A stretch of DNA of 62,045 bases, from positions 1 through 62,045 of the IMG/VR virus record IMGVR_UViG_3300042883_000146; one strand, written 5' to 3'. The position numbers and the translations under genes are program-made. The notes beneath the pieces are model-generated. The model saw nothing but the letters and a program-made list of their open reading frames with translations. It did not search any database and was not told the origin of the DNA. This DNA is from a virus. Lineage: Duplodnaviria; Caudoviricetes. This document shows positions 1 through 8,740 of the stretch, piece after piece; the first letter of the stretch is position 1, and each line of letters starts with the position of its first letter.

Positions 1-2
1 TG

Positions 3-2030
3 CCAGCATTCTTATTGAAAAGAATAGAAGCTTTACAAACCTCTGGTGATGTTGATATATTTGTTGTAGAATATCAATGTTATGGTAGTGAGTATGTTGT
101 TCAGAGAAATCAAATAATGAATATCGTGAATCCAAACTTTCATACATTATGGGAGAATAAAATGGAACTATTTGATTTCATAAATGATTGGAAACCTGAT
201 GTCATCCATATAGATGAAATGTCTGAAAGACTGAATAGGGAAATGATCGTATCATTATACAATCCAAACAGATCATATCGTATCATTGAAACTTGTCATG
301 ATGTATCATTTAATCCAAATGATAAAATATTTCATCCAGATGCATATGCTTTCTGTACACCATATCACTTAAAGACATTCAATAACACAGATTCTTATAA
401 GCAAGTGATTGAGTTTCCAATAGAGGATTTGAAGAATAAAAAATGTATATGGGATGAAGCCATGTTTGATCTTGGATTTGATTTCTCAAAAGAACATGTT
501 GTAAATGTTGGACTATGGACTTCAGGAAAGAATCAGAAAGAAGCTGTTGAACTAGCAAGACAAATGCCTGATGTACAGTTTCATTTTGTAGGAAACATGG
601 CTCCTAACTTTAGAGAATATTGGTATCCAATAATATTAGATCTTCCAGATAATTGTAAAATATGGGGAGAACGTGACGATGTTTATAAATTCTTAATGGC
701 TTCAGATGTATTTATGTTTAATAGCACTTGGGAATGTAATCCTTTAGTTATTAGAGAAGCTATTGGTCATGAGTGTAAAATACTAGCAAGAAACCTACCA
801 CAATATTGTGGAATGTTTGATGAATACATTACACCAATAGGTGATAACTTAAAAGAACAATTAGAAGAAGCTTTAGAACAACCTGTTACATACACTGTTC
901 CTGTTGATGGATTTATAAATTTTAGAGATGATCATGTTGCTTTATATAAACAAGTGATTATGAATGATGTCAAAATGAGTGCTGTATCTATCGTTCATCA
1001 TTTTGTTAACAATCCATTTCTTGAAATAAAAGGAATTTCTGATAGTGTATTTAAAATATGTTTTTACGATGAACATGATGTTCTACAATACCAGAATACT
1101 ATAAAAGCTAATCATTGGGTGAAGCTCAATAGACAATGGTATACCAAGTGGACAACTAAAGTGTGGGAGAATGAAAAATTAATATATAATAATGTATTAA
1201 GTTTAGAAAACAAAAGAGTTTATATTGCTTTTGATAGTTCTTCTCTTGGAGATAGTATAGCCTGGATACCTTATTGTTTAGAGTTTAAGAATAAACATAA
1301 TTGTGATGTTATTGTAAGTACATTCCATAACTATTTGTTTGAGAATGTATATCCAGAACTTGAGTTTATAAAACCAGGAACATCTGTTAATAACATCTAT
1401 GCTCAATATAATTTAGGATGGCATTATGATATTAATAAGGAACCAGCTTTACCAAATACTATAAAGCTCCAACAAGCTGCAACTAATATATTAGGTCTTG
1501 ATTTTGAGGAGATTAAACCTAGGATTGCATTCACTTCTGGTAACAAATTTGATAGTAAATATGTTACAATAGCAACCAACTCCACAGCAGGCTGTAAGTT
1601 CTGGACTAAAGAAGGGTGGCAAGAAGTGATTAATCATCTAGTTAAAGAAGGATATAAAGTGATTAATGTGTCTAAAGAAAAGAATCCTTTTGATAACTGT
1701 ACACAACTAGAAGACTATTCTATGAATAACACTATAAACACCATATATTATAGTCAGTTTTTCATAGGGCTCAGCTCAGGCCTCAGCTGGTTAGCGTGGG
1801 CTCTTGATAAACAAGTGGTGATGATTGCTAACTTTACAGAAAAAGATCATGAGTTTAGCTGTATCAGGATAACAAATGATACATTGTGTCATGGATGTTG
1901 GAACAATCCTGATTATAAATTTGATCGTGGGGACTGGGACTGGTGCCCCAAACACAAAAATACCCCTAGACATTTTGAATGTCATAGGGGTATATCTGCT
2001 AATGATGTAATTGTTAAACTTCCTCTGTAG
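3..2030 (+). CDS. Fusion of a GT-B (GT4-like) glycosyltransferase and an Aah/TibC-family (BAHT) protein O-heptosyltransferase-like domain; 5'-truncated
   Basis: Frame is open from the window start (CCA GCA TTC TTA TTG...). N-half has NVGLWTSGKNQ and ASDVFMFNSTWECNPLVIREA (GT4-like). C-half has SLGDSIAWIPYCLEFKNKHNC, FFIGLSSGLSWLAWA and the four-Cys tail CHGCWN...WCPKHKNTPRHFEC typical of TibC/Aah. Confidence 0.85.
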   Translation, partial: PAFLLKRIEALQTSGDVDIFVVEYQCYGSEYVVQRNQIMNIVNPNFHTLWENKMELFDFINDWKPDVIHIDEMSERLNREMIVSLYNPNRSYRIIETCHDVSFNPNDKIFHPDAYAFCTPYHLKTFNNTDSYKQVIEFPIEDLKNKKCIWDEAMFDLGFDFSKEHVVNVGLWTSGKNQKEAVELARQMPDVQFHFVGNMAPNFREYWYPIILDLPDNCKIWGERDDVYKFLMASDVFMFNSTWECNPLVIREAIGHECKILARNLPQYCGMFDEYITPIGDNLKEQLEEALEQPVTYTVPVDGFINFRDDHVALYKQVIMNDVKMSAVSIVHHFVNNPFLEIKGISDSVFKICFYDEHDVLQYQNTIKANHWVKLNRQWYTKWTTKVWENEKLIYNNVLSLENKRVYIAFDSSSLGDSIAWIPYCLEFKNKHNCDVIVSTFHNYLFENVYPELEFIKPGTSVNNIYAQYNLGWHYDINKEPALPNTIKLQQAATNILGLDFEEIKPRIAFTSGNKFDSKYVTIATNSTAGCKFWTKEGWQEVINHLVKEGYKVINVSKEKNPFDNCTQLEDYSMNNTINTIYYSQFFIGLSSGLSWLAWALDKQVVMIANFTEKDHEFSCIRITNDTLCHGCWNNPDYKFDRGDWDWCPKHKNTPRHFECHRGISANDVIVKLPL

Positions 2031-2493
2031 GAGTGATGATATCAGAGTCTATTAACTTAAAGAATACACTATAGCGTCCTTCAGAATTAATATCTTTGAT
2101 GTCTTCTAATGTAATAACAGAATGTTCAATTTCTTTCTGTTCAGATAGTAATGTTTCATACTCTTGAGCAAACTGTACAAATTTAGGATTGATTATAGTT
2201 TTGGCTTCATCTAAGTGTTGTGTAACAATAATGCCACCATTATCTGTTTCTTCACCATACTTCTTGATGAGTTCATCACGTAATCCTTCTAATATCTTTT
2301 TATCTGCTGCAAATGAATCTACTAGTTTAGATAAATGATATTTAATTACTAGGTTAATTTTTTCTCCTAGTAAACCTTTAAGCACAACTTCTCCAGTTTG
2401 CTGATTAGTTAAACCACTAATCTCTGATTCTAGAGCAATAACTTCTCCAAGTGTTAATTTAGTTTTCTTCATTTTAAGTTGATTTATTGACAA
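2014..2493 (-). CDS. Small helical protein of the fibre cluster (DUF1617-like); probable start at 2472 (MKKTKL)
   Basis: RDELIKKYGE motif; last gene of the fibre cluster; -7 promoter element at 2491-2498 favours the 2472 start. Confidence 0.55.
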   Translation of the reverse strand: MSINQLKMKKTKLTLGEVIALESEISGLTNQQTGEVVLKGLLGEKINLVIKYHLSKLVDSFAADKKILEGLRDELIKKYGEETDNGGIIVTQHLDEAKTIINPKFVQFAQEYETLLSEQKEIEHSVITLEDIKDINSEGRYSVFFKLIDSDIITPTEEV

Positions 2494-2498
2494 ATGTA
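2491..2498 (-). promoter_or_regulatory. Bacteroidota-type -7 promoter element TACATTTG
   Basis: Matches TAnnTTTG just upstream of the ATG at 2472; no clear -33 element. Confidence 0.5.
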
Positions 2499-2506
2499 AT
2501 AATAAT

Positions 2507-2851
2507 TTATTTAATTACAACTGTTGTTGTAGATGTGGTGGTAGTAGGCTCTAACGTAGTTGTTGTACTTGTTGTAGGAGGAACGTAATCACCTGTAATA
2601 GTTAAATTAAGTTGTTCTGCTACCCAATCCCAAGCATATTCATCTATTGTCCATTCAGCATAAGCCTCACCTGACATATTTAAATTGCCTTGCGATAGCT
2701 GATTAGCTATATTACCATCAACTGTACTATATAATCCCCACCAAAAGGTAGCTGAATTATTAAGAGTTACATTAATAGCATAAGTATTTAATACTGATGC
2801 TTCTTGGACTGTGCCATTATCCCATATAGAGATGGGTGTTATTGTTTTCAT
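2507..2851 (-). CDS. Small tail-fibre-associated protein with C-terminal Thr-rich tail; paralog of 2902..3213
   Basis: MKTITPISIWDNG...YAWDWVAEQLNLTI aligns with the neighbour; tail PPTTSTTTTLEPTTTTSTTT. Confidence 0.7.
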   Translation of the reverse strand: MKTITPISIWDNGTVQEASVLNTYAINVTLNNSATFWWGLYSTVDGNIANQLSQGNLNMSGEAYAEWTIDEYAWDWVAEQLNLTITGDYVPPTTSTTTTLEPTTTTSTTTVVIK

Positions 2852-2901
2852 TTTTTGTTTATTAAATGTTTATTAAAAAAACTTATTTTATTTTTAATAA
2901 C

Positions 2902-3213
2902 TTAGTCTGGAATAATTGTAAGTTTCAACTCACCTGCTGCCCAATTGTATGCCCATTCATTAGCATCTGTAGCCGCATCCCAATCTAAATAATCCTGTCC
3001 TGAAATGCTCAATGACCCTGTAACCAATGTATTATACATAGGTAGCATTGAAGGAGTTGGAGGATTTGGTGGAGTTGGAATAAGTTGATTTAATTGATAA
3101 TTAAAATTTGCAGTTGTAGATAAATTGTCGTATGAAGACGTTAATACAAATACTGTTGCTTCTTTTTCTTCGCCATTTTGCCAAGAAGAAATTGGTTCGA
3201 TTGTTTTTGCCAT
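2902..3213 (-). CDS. Small tail-fibre-associated protein; paralog of 2507..2851
   Basis: MAKTIEPISSWQNG...WAYNWAAGELKLTI; directly downstream of an S74 fibre gene. Confidence 0.7.
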   Translation of the reverse strand: MAKTIEPISSWQNGEEKEATVFVLTSSYDNLSTTANFNYQLNQLIPTPPNPPTPSMLPMYNTLVTGSLSISGQDYLDWDAATDANEWAYNWAAGELKLTIIPD

Positions 3214-3220
3214 TTTATTT

Positions 3221-6022
3221 TTAGTTAGATAAGTTATTTATTGATTGTTTTAATTCTTCTATTTGTAGTTGTTGTTCTTTAATTCCTTCGACTAATAGTG
3301 CTACTAGTTTTTCATACTTCACAGTCATATATGCTTCAGACACTTCAGAAATAAAGTTTTCTGCTTCTTTAGGGTCTTTGCTTGGAGTATTTAATCGAGT
3401 TGTATATTCTTCTGTTAAAAGAGGTTCAATAGATTGAACTTCTTGTGCAATAAGACCAATATCTCTTATACCTGCTCTTTCCTTTAAAATATTTACCTGC
3501 TCATTATTCCAAGTATAAGTTACACCTCTTAGTTGTTTAATTTTACTAATAGCACCTTTAATAACCTCAACATCTTTTTTAAGACGTATATCAGAATAAT
3601 TTGCATATACATTACCTGTTACATAAAGATTTCCTGTAATGTAACCTCCATCACCTATTGTAGCTATTTTCTCTGCACCATTACTATAAAGACGTTGGTC
3701 TGCATTAGCGTATGTAAGAATAGACCATCCAACTGAAACATGAAAAAGTCCACATGGTCCACCTACTCCACCTGTGTGCATCATGAGATGCATGCCTCCG
3801 TCTACGTTCCATCCAGAATATCCATTATTAGCACCACCCATATACCAAGATGTGTAGGAAGAAGTGTTTCTTTGTAAATATTTAGTTGTATCATTAGAAT
3901 CATAGAATATAGGAGCACGTACATCACTAGAACCAATTAATGTTGTTGCAGTTAATGTTCCTGTAGATGAAGTAATAGTAACTGCAGCACAAGAATACGC
4001 TAAAGTTCCTATACCATTTGAATAAGGAGCTCCCCATAAAACTTGATAAGCTGCTGAATCTGTTCTGTTCATTAAATATGTAACAGAACCTGCATTTCCT
4101 GTTGTTGTTGTAGCAGTAGAAGCATTACCTGTTAATGCTCCAATAAAAGTTGGAGCTGTTACATTTCCACTTGTCCATATTCCAGAACCAATTGCTGTAG
4201 TAGTAATACCATTTTGCATATGTAATAGCTGATGGTTTAATCCCGCTTTTGATTGTGGGTTGTTTCCTGCTCCACCATAATCTGGATTATATGACCAAGC
4301 TAAACCATATAGGTTTCCTATATTACTTGATGCTCCACCATCTGTTAATATGTATGCAGCACCCATAGCAAATATGGCTTGAGTTTGAGCAGGATCATAA
4401 ACACCTATTAATCCTTTTCTTCCATTACTAAAAACAACATTTTGTGCTGTGGAATTTCCTCTATTTGTTACTGTTGCTAAGGTTTCACTTGCAGCATTAC
4501 CTGTAATGCTTATACCCCAAGATCCTGATGCAACTCCTCGTATTGACACCATTGCATTTGTAGGAGAAACTGAACGATAGTAATTATCACCTTGCTTTGT
4601 TATGAATGATGTTATAGCTGTTCCAGCACCAGGATTACCATCATCAGTCATATTTAGGTAATTACCAAAGATATATCCATTAGCATCTCTTACTACAATT
4701 CCATTTGCTATGGTTGAAGTTGAAGCATGATATCCATCTACTGTATCTGCATTACCTGCACCATCAGCATAAGAAACTCTTACAGCTGAAGGAGAAGCTG
4801 GACTAACCTGTAAAAACCATCTAGTTCCATCATATGTCATATACATATAATAAGGTGCAGCACATCCATAACAATATGGATTATCTGTAGCATATAAACG
4901 AGTACTATTAGTAGCATATGTGGCTGTTGTAGCACTATCAGCCACTCTAGCAGAATCCACTCTAACACCATAAGTATTACCTCCATTCCATCCCATTAAT
5001 GTAGGATATAATGCACTCCAAGCTATTTGTGAATTTGTATTATTTACTGAAGTTCCACTTGGAGAAGTTCCTTGAGAGGCATCAAAAATGACGTGACCAT
5101 TGCCGTAGTTTTTCCATGCTAATAAACCTACAACATTATTTATAACAGTAGAATCGTTCCAATTTGATTGAGTTCTTAAAACAACATTACCCGATGCTGT
5201 ACCTGTTAATGCCCCAACAAAAGTTGGAGCTGTTACTGTTGAACTAAACGTAGCTGCTCCTGCATCTGTAATGGTTAATAAATTAGCATTGTTTGCATCA
5301 TTTCTGACAGACCAAAGTCCTGTTGATAATTTTAATAAGCGTGTATCTGTTCCGTCGTATTGAAAGAAAGCCTTGCCAGTAGCACCATTTCTGATAATAG
5401 ATGGCATATACACATTGGCAGCATTGGTAAAAGTTATTGTTCCTACATTTGCTGTTAAATCACCACTAAACGTAGCTGCTCCTGTGGATGATATTGAAAC
5501 CCTATCTGAAGCTGCTGTTGCAAATATTAAAGAATCAGTTTGGTGATTATATTGAATATAACCACGATAGGCTTCGTTCCCTGTTGTTCCATCTGCAAAT
5601 TCTATCAGTCCACTACTTGCATTTGAACTTGCTATTGTAAGTCCTGCATTTGTTAAACCAGTACTTCCTACCGTTAATTGTGAATAAGGTGTCATAGTAT
5701 TAATTGCAGAACCACCTATTGCACCTTTTCCACTAAAAGTGGCACTTGTTCCTGATAAAGCACCTGTAAGCGTACCTCCTGTTAATGGCAAATAAGCACC
5801 TAAATCAGATGTCAAAGCTAATGTACCTGTAGCACCTGGCAAAGTATACGTATACGTGCCATTGGTTATAGTTGAACCTAATGTAAGCTGACCAGATACT
5901 TTACCACTACCAGTAACTTCAAATTTAAAACTACCACTAGGTGCTCCTCCTATTCCTATATTAAGAGAGGAATCTGAAAATACTCCCTGAGCTAATGTAC
6001 CTAAGTTTTTTGTTAATCCCAT
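3221..6022 (-). CDS. Tail fibre/spike with C-terminal peptidase S74 intramolecular chaperone
   Basis: G/T/A/N-rich beta-fibre repeats; YSDIRLKKDV...IGLIAQEVQ...VKYEKLVALLVEGIKEQQ signature and terminal coiled coil. Confidence 0.85.
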   Translation of the reverse strand: MGLTKNLGTLAQGVFSDSSLNIGIGGAPSGSFKFEVTGSGKVSGQLTLGSTITNGTYTYTLPGATGTLALTSDLGAYLPLTGGTLTGALSGTSATFSGKGAIGGSAINTMTPYSQLTVGSTGLTNAGLTIASSNASSGLIEFADGTTGNEAYRGYIQYNHQTDSLIFATAASDRVSISSTGAATFSGDLTANVGTITFTNAANVYMPSIIRNGATGKAFFQYDGTDTRLLKLSTGLWSVRNDANNANLLTITDAGAATFSSTVTAPTFVGALTGTASGNVVLRTQSNWNDSTVINNVVGLLAWKNYGNGHVIFDASQGTSPSGTSVNNTNSQIAWSALYPTLMGWNGGNTYGVRVDSARVADSATTATYATNSTRLYATDNPYCYGCAAPYYMYMTYDGTRWFLQVSPASPSAVRVSYADGAGNADTVDGYHASTSTIANGIVVRDANGYIFGNYLNMTDDGNPGAGTAITSFITKQGDNYYRSVSPTNAMVSIRGVASGSWGISITGNAASETLATVTNRGNSTAQNVVFSNGRKGLIGVYDPAQTQAIFAMGAAYILTDGGASSNIGNLYGLAWSYNPDYGGAGNNPQSKAGLNHQLLHMQNGITTTAIGSGIWTSGNVTAPTFIGALTGNASTATTTTGNAGSVTYLMNRTDSAAYQVLWGAPYSNGIGTLAYSCAAVTITSSTGTLTATTLIGSSDVRAPIFYDSNDTTKYLQRNTSSYTSWYMGGANNGYSGWNVDGGMHLMMHTGGVGGPCGLFHVSVGWSILTYANADQRLYSNGAEKIATIGDGGYITGNLYVTGNVYANYSDIRLKKDVEVIKGAISKIKQLRGVTYTWNNEQVNILKERAGIRDIGLIAQEVQSIEPLLTEEYTTRLNTPSKDPKEAENFISEVSEAYMTVKYEKLVALLVEGIKEQQLQIEELKQSINNLSN

Positions 6023-6092
6023 TTTATTTTATTTTGTAGTCACTTGTATTAATTTCATTATCTCATATAGAGATTGGTGTGATTTGTTTCAT

Positions 6093-8693
6093 TTAGTTAT
6101 TTTTTAAAATGTCTATTTCTGCTTGTTGTGATTCGATTTTAGACATACACTCCTGCAATACTTTAATTGTAGCATGATAAAGGTCAGCAGTATAAATAGA
6201 TTTTAAAGGTTCTTCATCATTTATGATTTCATTTCCTTCTTCATCATACTTAGGTTTATTATCCCATCCATCTACATCTACAAATTCAGGTGCTACCGCT
6301 TCTACTTGTTGAGCAATTACACCTATATTAAAGTCATCATGTGTTTGGTCTTTATATTTAAACTTAACTATTTGAATAGCTTTAAACTTATCCCAATATG
6401 ATTCAAGAGGTTCTATGTCTTTTTTGGTTCTTTCGTCTGATAAATTAACGTCATTTGCTTGATAGTTAGATATACCTCCATTTGAATTTATTAAAGCTCG
6501 AGTAGCATTTACATCTCTAAATCTTGCAAAGAAATTAGTTGCGTTATTAGGGTCATAAGCAAAGAACGTTTCTATTCCGTATGGACTAGAGTTACTATGG
6601 TGAAAATAAGTTACTTGGTTGCCATTCAAGTTTTGAACATTTTCGTGATAACTACCATTTAAATAAGTTCCACTATTTGATATTTTAGTATAACCACCTG
6701 ATGTAATACGCATACGTTCTACACCTGACCCTATAAAAATTAAATTTGTACTTGCATCTTGATGTATGCCATAATTATTAAAAGCTATTCCTGATGAAGT
6801 ACCTGTTCCGTTTGCAAATATTCTACCTCCTGTAACTTGAAATTTTTCTCCCGAATCTGTAGTAGTTCCGATTAATACATTACCACTTGATGTGATACGC
6901 ATACGTTCGGTATTATTCCAAAATCTAAGATTTGACGCAACAGTTGGTGTACCAAAAATACCAATAGATAATTCGGTAGGTGATGTGGATGAGTAATACT
7001 CAAATCCAATACCTCCTTTAGCAGTTTGTGATGAGCCCGCAGCTCCAGTAGCGGCAACTACATTTGATGATAAATAAAGAGCAGGTTCCCCTCCAATAGA
7101 GGCATTAGTCCAAGAACCGTTATTTAAACTCGAATCAGGATTAGATGTTCCTGATGTTCTATTTATAATCCTTCCTGCAGAAGTATTAGTTGTTGATGAT
7201 GTGCCTATCAATAATGAACCATTAGATGCAATACGCATACGTTCGGAAGCACCTGTATAAAACAGCATTGGAATTGCAGTAGTTGAGTAATTTGCAATTA
7301 AACTTGCTTCTGTACTCGTGGCACTAATATCAAAAATCCCGTTTGTTCCTGCCCCATTATGTTGTATTCTTATTTGGTTAGCAGCAGTTCCATCTCCAGC
7401 AATGTGTAAATTTCCGCTTGGACTTGTTGTTCCTATACCTACGTTACCACCATTTATAAAAGAATTACCACTTGTGCTAAATCTTACAATACCCGTAGCT
7501 GCATCATTTCTTAAATTAAATTCAGTATTACCTCCACTTAATTCAAATAATTGTAACATATCAGAAGAAGTAGTACTGTAAATAACATTAAATACGTCAG
7601 CAGCAGAACCACTACTTTTAACACCTAATCTACCACTTGGACTTGTTATTCCTATACCTACGTTACCACCTGATGTGATGGTTAATCTTTTAGTAAATGA
7701 TGCTCCAGTAAAAACTTCAAAATTGTTATTAGTTTGAATCACACCATTACTATTAACTAAACCAATGTATGTATTATTACTTGCATTTGAATATGTAGTA
7801 AAAATATTATTTGTAGATGTATTTATTAGGTTTATAGCTGATGCTGCGCTTGTTAAATTTACAGATACTGCACTACTAAACGTAGCACTTGTTCCTGATA
7901 ATGCTCTGCTCACCAATGTAACCGTAGTTCCATTATCAGTAATAGCACTATCTCCTATTGTACTTGCACCTGTAAACTTAGGAAGAGTGTTTGTTGTACC
8001 TGTTCCTGTTATTTGATTTGCAGGTGTTATTCCACTAGTTCCTGATGTTCCAGTTGTTCCTGATGTTCCAGAGGTACCACTTGTGCCTGATGTACCACTC
8101 GTACCTGTTACACCTGTTACATACGCCACTACATCCACTATATCACCTAATAAACAAGGAGTGGCTAATGTTATACTTGTACCACTGGTTGCTGTAAATT
8201 CTGCTGGAGCAAGTTTTGATCCATTGTAATAAACATCCACTTGTCCTACATTATATGTTACAGCAAATACTGTTTGTCCTGCTGTTGCTGTAAATGTAGT
8301 TTCGTTTCTTGCATTAGGATCAGGAGTGATTCCACTTGTCCCACTTGTACCTGCAGACCCACTAGAACCAGTGCCACCACTTGTTCCAGACGTACCATCT
8401 ATCCCTGAAGTTCCACTAGTGCCTGTTGTACCTGACGTACCACTAGTACCAGTGGTTCCAGAAGTTCCTGTAGCTCCTGATAAATTAATTGTCCAATCAC
8501 AACAAGTGCCTGTTCCTTCATAAGAAATAGGTGTAAAAACTAATGCTCCAGTACCAATATTGTAAGAAACTACTTGTCCAGATATATAATTACAATTAGA
8601 ACAATACAGAGTGATAAAATCACCAGTGATGTAATACAACCCTGAAGTTACAGTTATTGAAATATCACAATATGGGGAAGGTATGCAACTCAT
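6093..8693 (-). CDS. Tail fibre with N-terminal GTS repeats, repeated ERMRI/GNVGIG modules and C-terminal S74 chaperone
   Basis: LSDERTKKDI...IGVIAQQVE signature; (GTS)n tracts; repeated fibre joints. Confidence 0.85.
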   Translation of the reverse strand: MSCIPSPYCDISITVTSGLYYITGDFITLYCSNCNYISGQVVSYNIGTGALVFTPISYEGTGTCCDWTINLSGATGTSGTTGTSGTSGTTGTSGTSGIDGTSGTSGGTGSSGSAGTSGTSGITPDPNARNETTFTATAGQTVFAVTYNVGQVDVYYNGSKLAPAEFTATSGTSITLATPCLLGDIVDVVAYVTGVTGTSGTSGTSGTSGTSGTTGTSGTSGITPANQITGTGTTNTLPKFTGASTIGDSAITDNGTTVTLVSRALSGTSATFSSAVSVNLTSAASAINLINTSTNNIFTTYSNASNNTYIGLVNSNGVIQTNNNFEVFTGASFTKRLTITSGGNVGIGITSPSGRLGVKSSGSAADVFNVIYSTTSSDMLQLFELSGGNTEFNLRNDAATGIVRFSTSGNSFINGGNVGIGTTSPSGNLHIAGDGTAANQIRIQHNGAGTNGIFDISATSTEASLIANYSTTAIPMLFYTGASERMRIASNGSLLIGTSSTTNTSAGRIINRTSGTSNPDSSLNNGSWTNASIGGEPALYLSSNVVAATGAAGSSQTAKGGIGFEYYSSTSPTELSIGIFGTPTVASNLRFWNNTERMRITSSGNVLIGTTTDSGEKFQVTGGRIFANGTGTSSGIAFNNYGIHQDASTNLIFIGSGVERMRITSGGYTKISNSGTYLNGSYHENVQNLNGNQVTYFHHSNSSPYGIETFFAYDPNNATNFFARFRDVNATRALINSNGGISNYQANDVNLSDERTKKDIEPLESYWDKFKAIQIVKFKYKDQTHDDFNIGVIAQQVEAVAPEFVDVDGWDNKPKYDEEGNEIINDEEPLKSIYTADLYHATIKVLQECMSKIESQQAEIDILKNN
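8031..8477 (-). repeat. Two Gly-X-Y (GTS/GTT/GSS) coding repeat tracts, about 8031-8114 and 8331-8477
   Basis: Translation shows GTSGTTGTSGTSG...; 9-nt periodicity with synonymous variation. Confidence 0.9.
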
Positions 8694-8740
8694 TTTATAA
8701 TTTTATTTAAAAATAATTTTTTTATAGATCTATATCAGAT

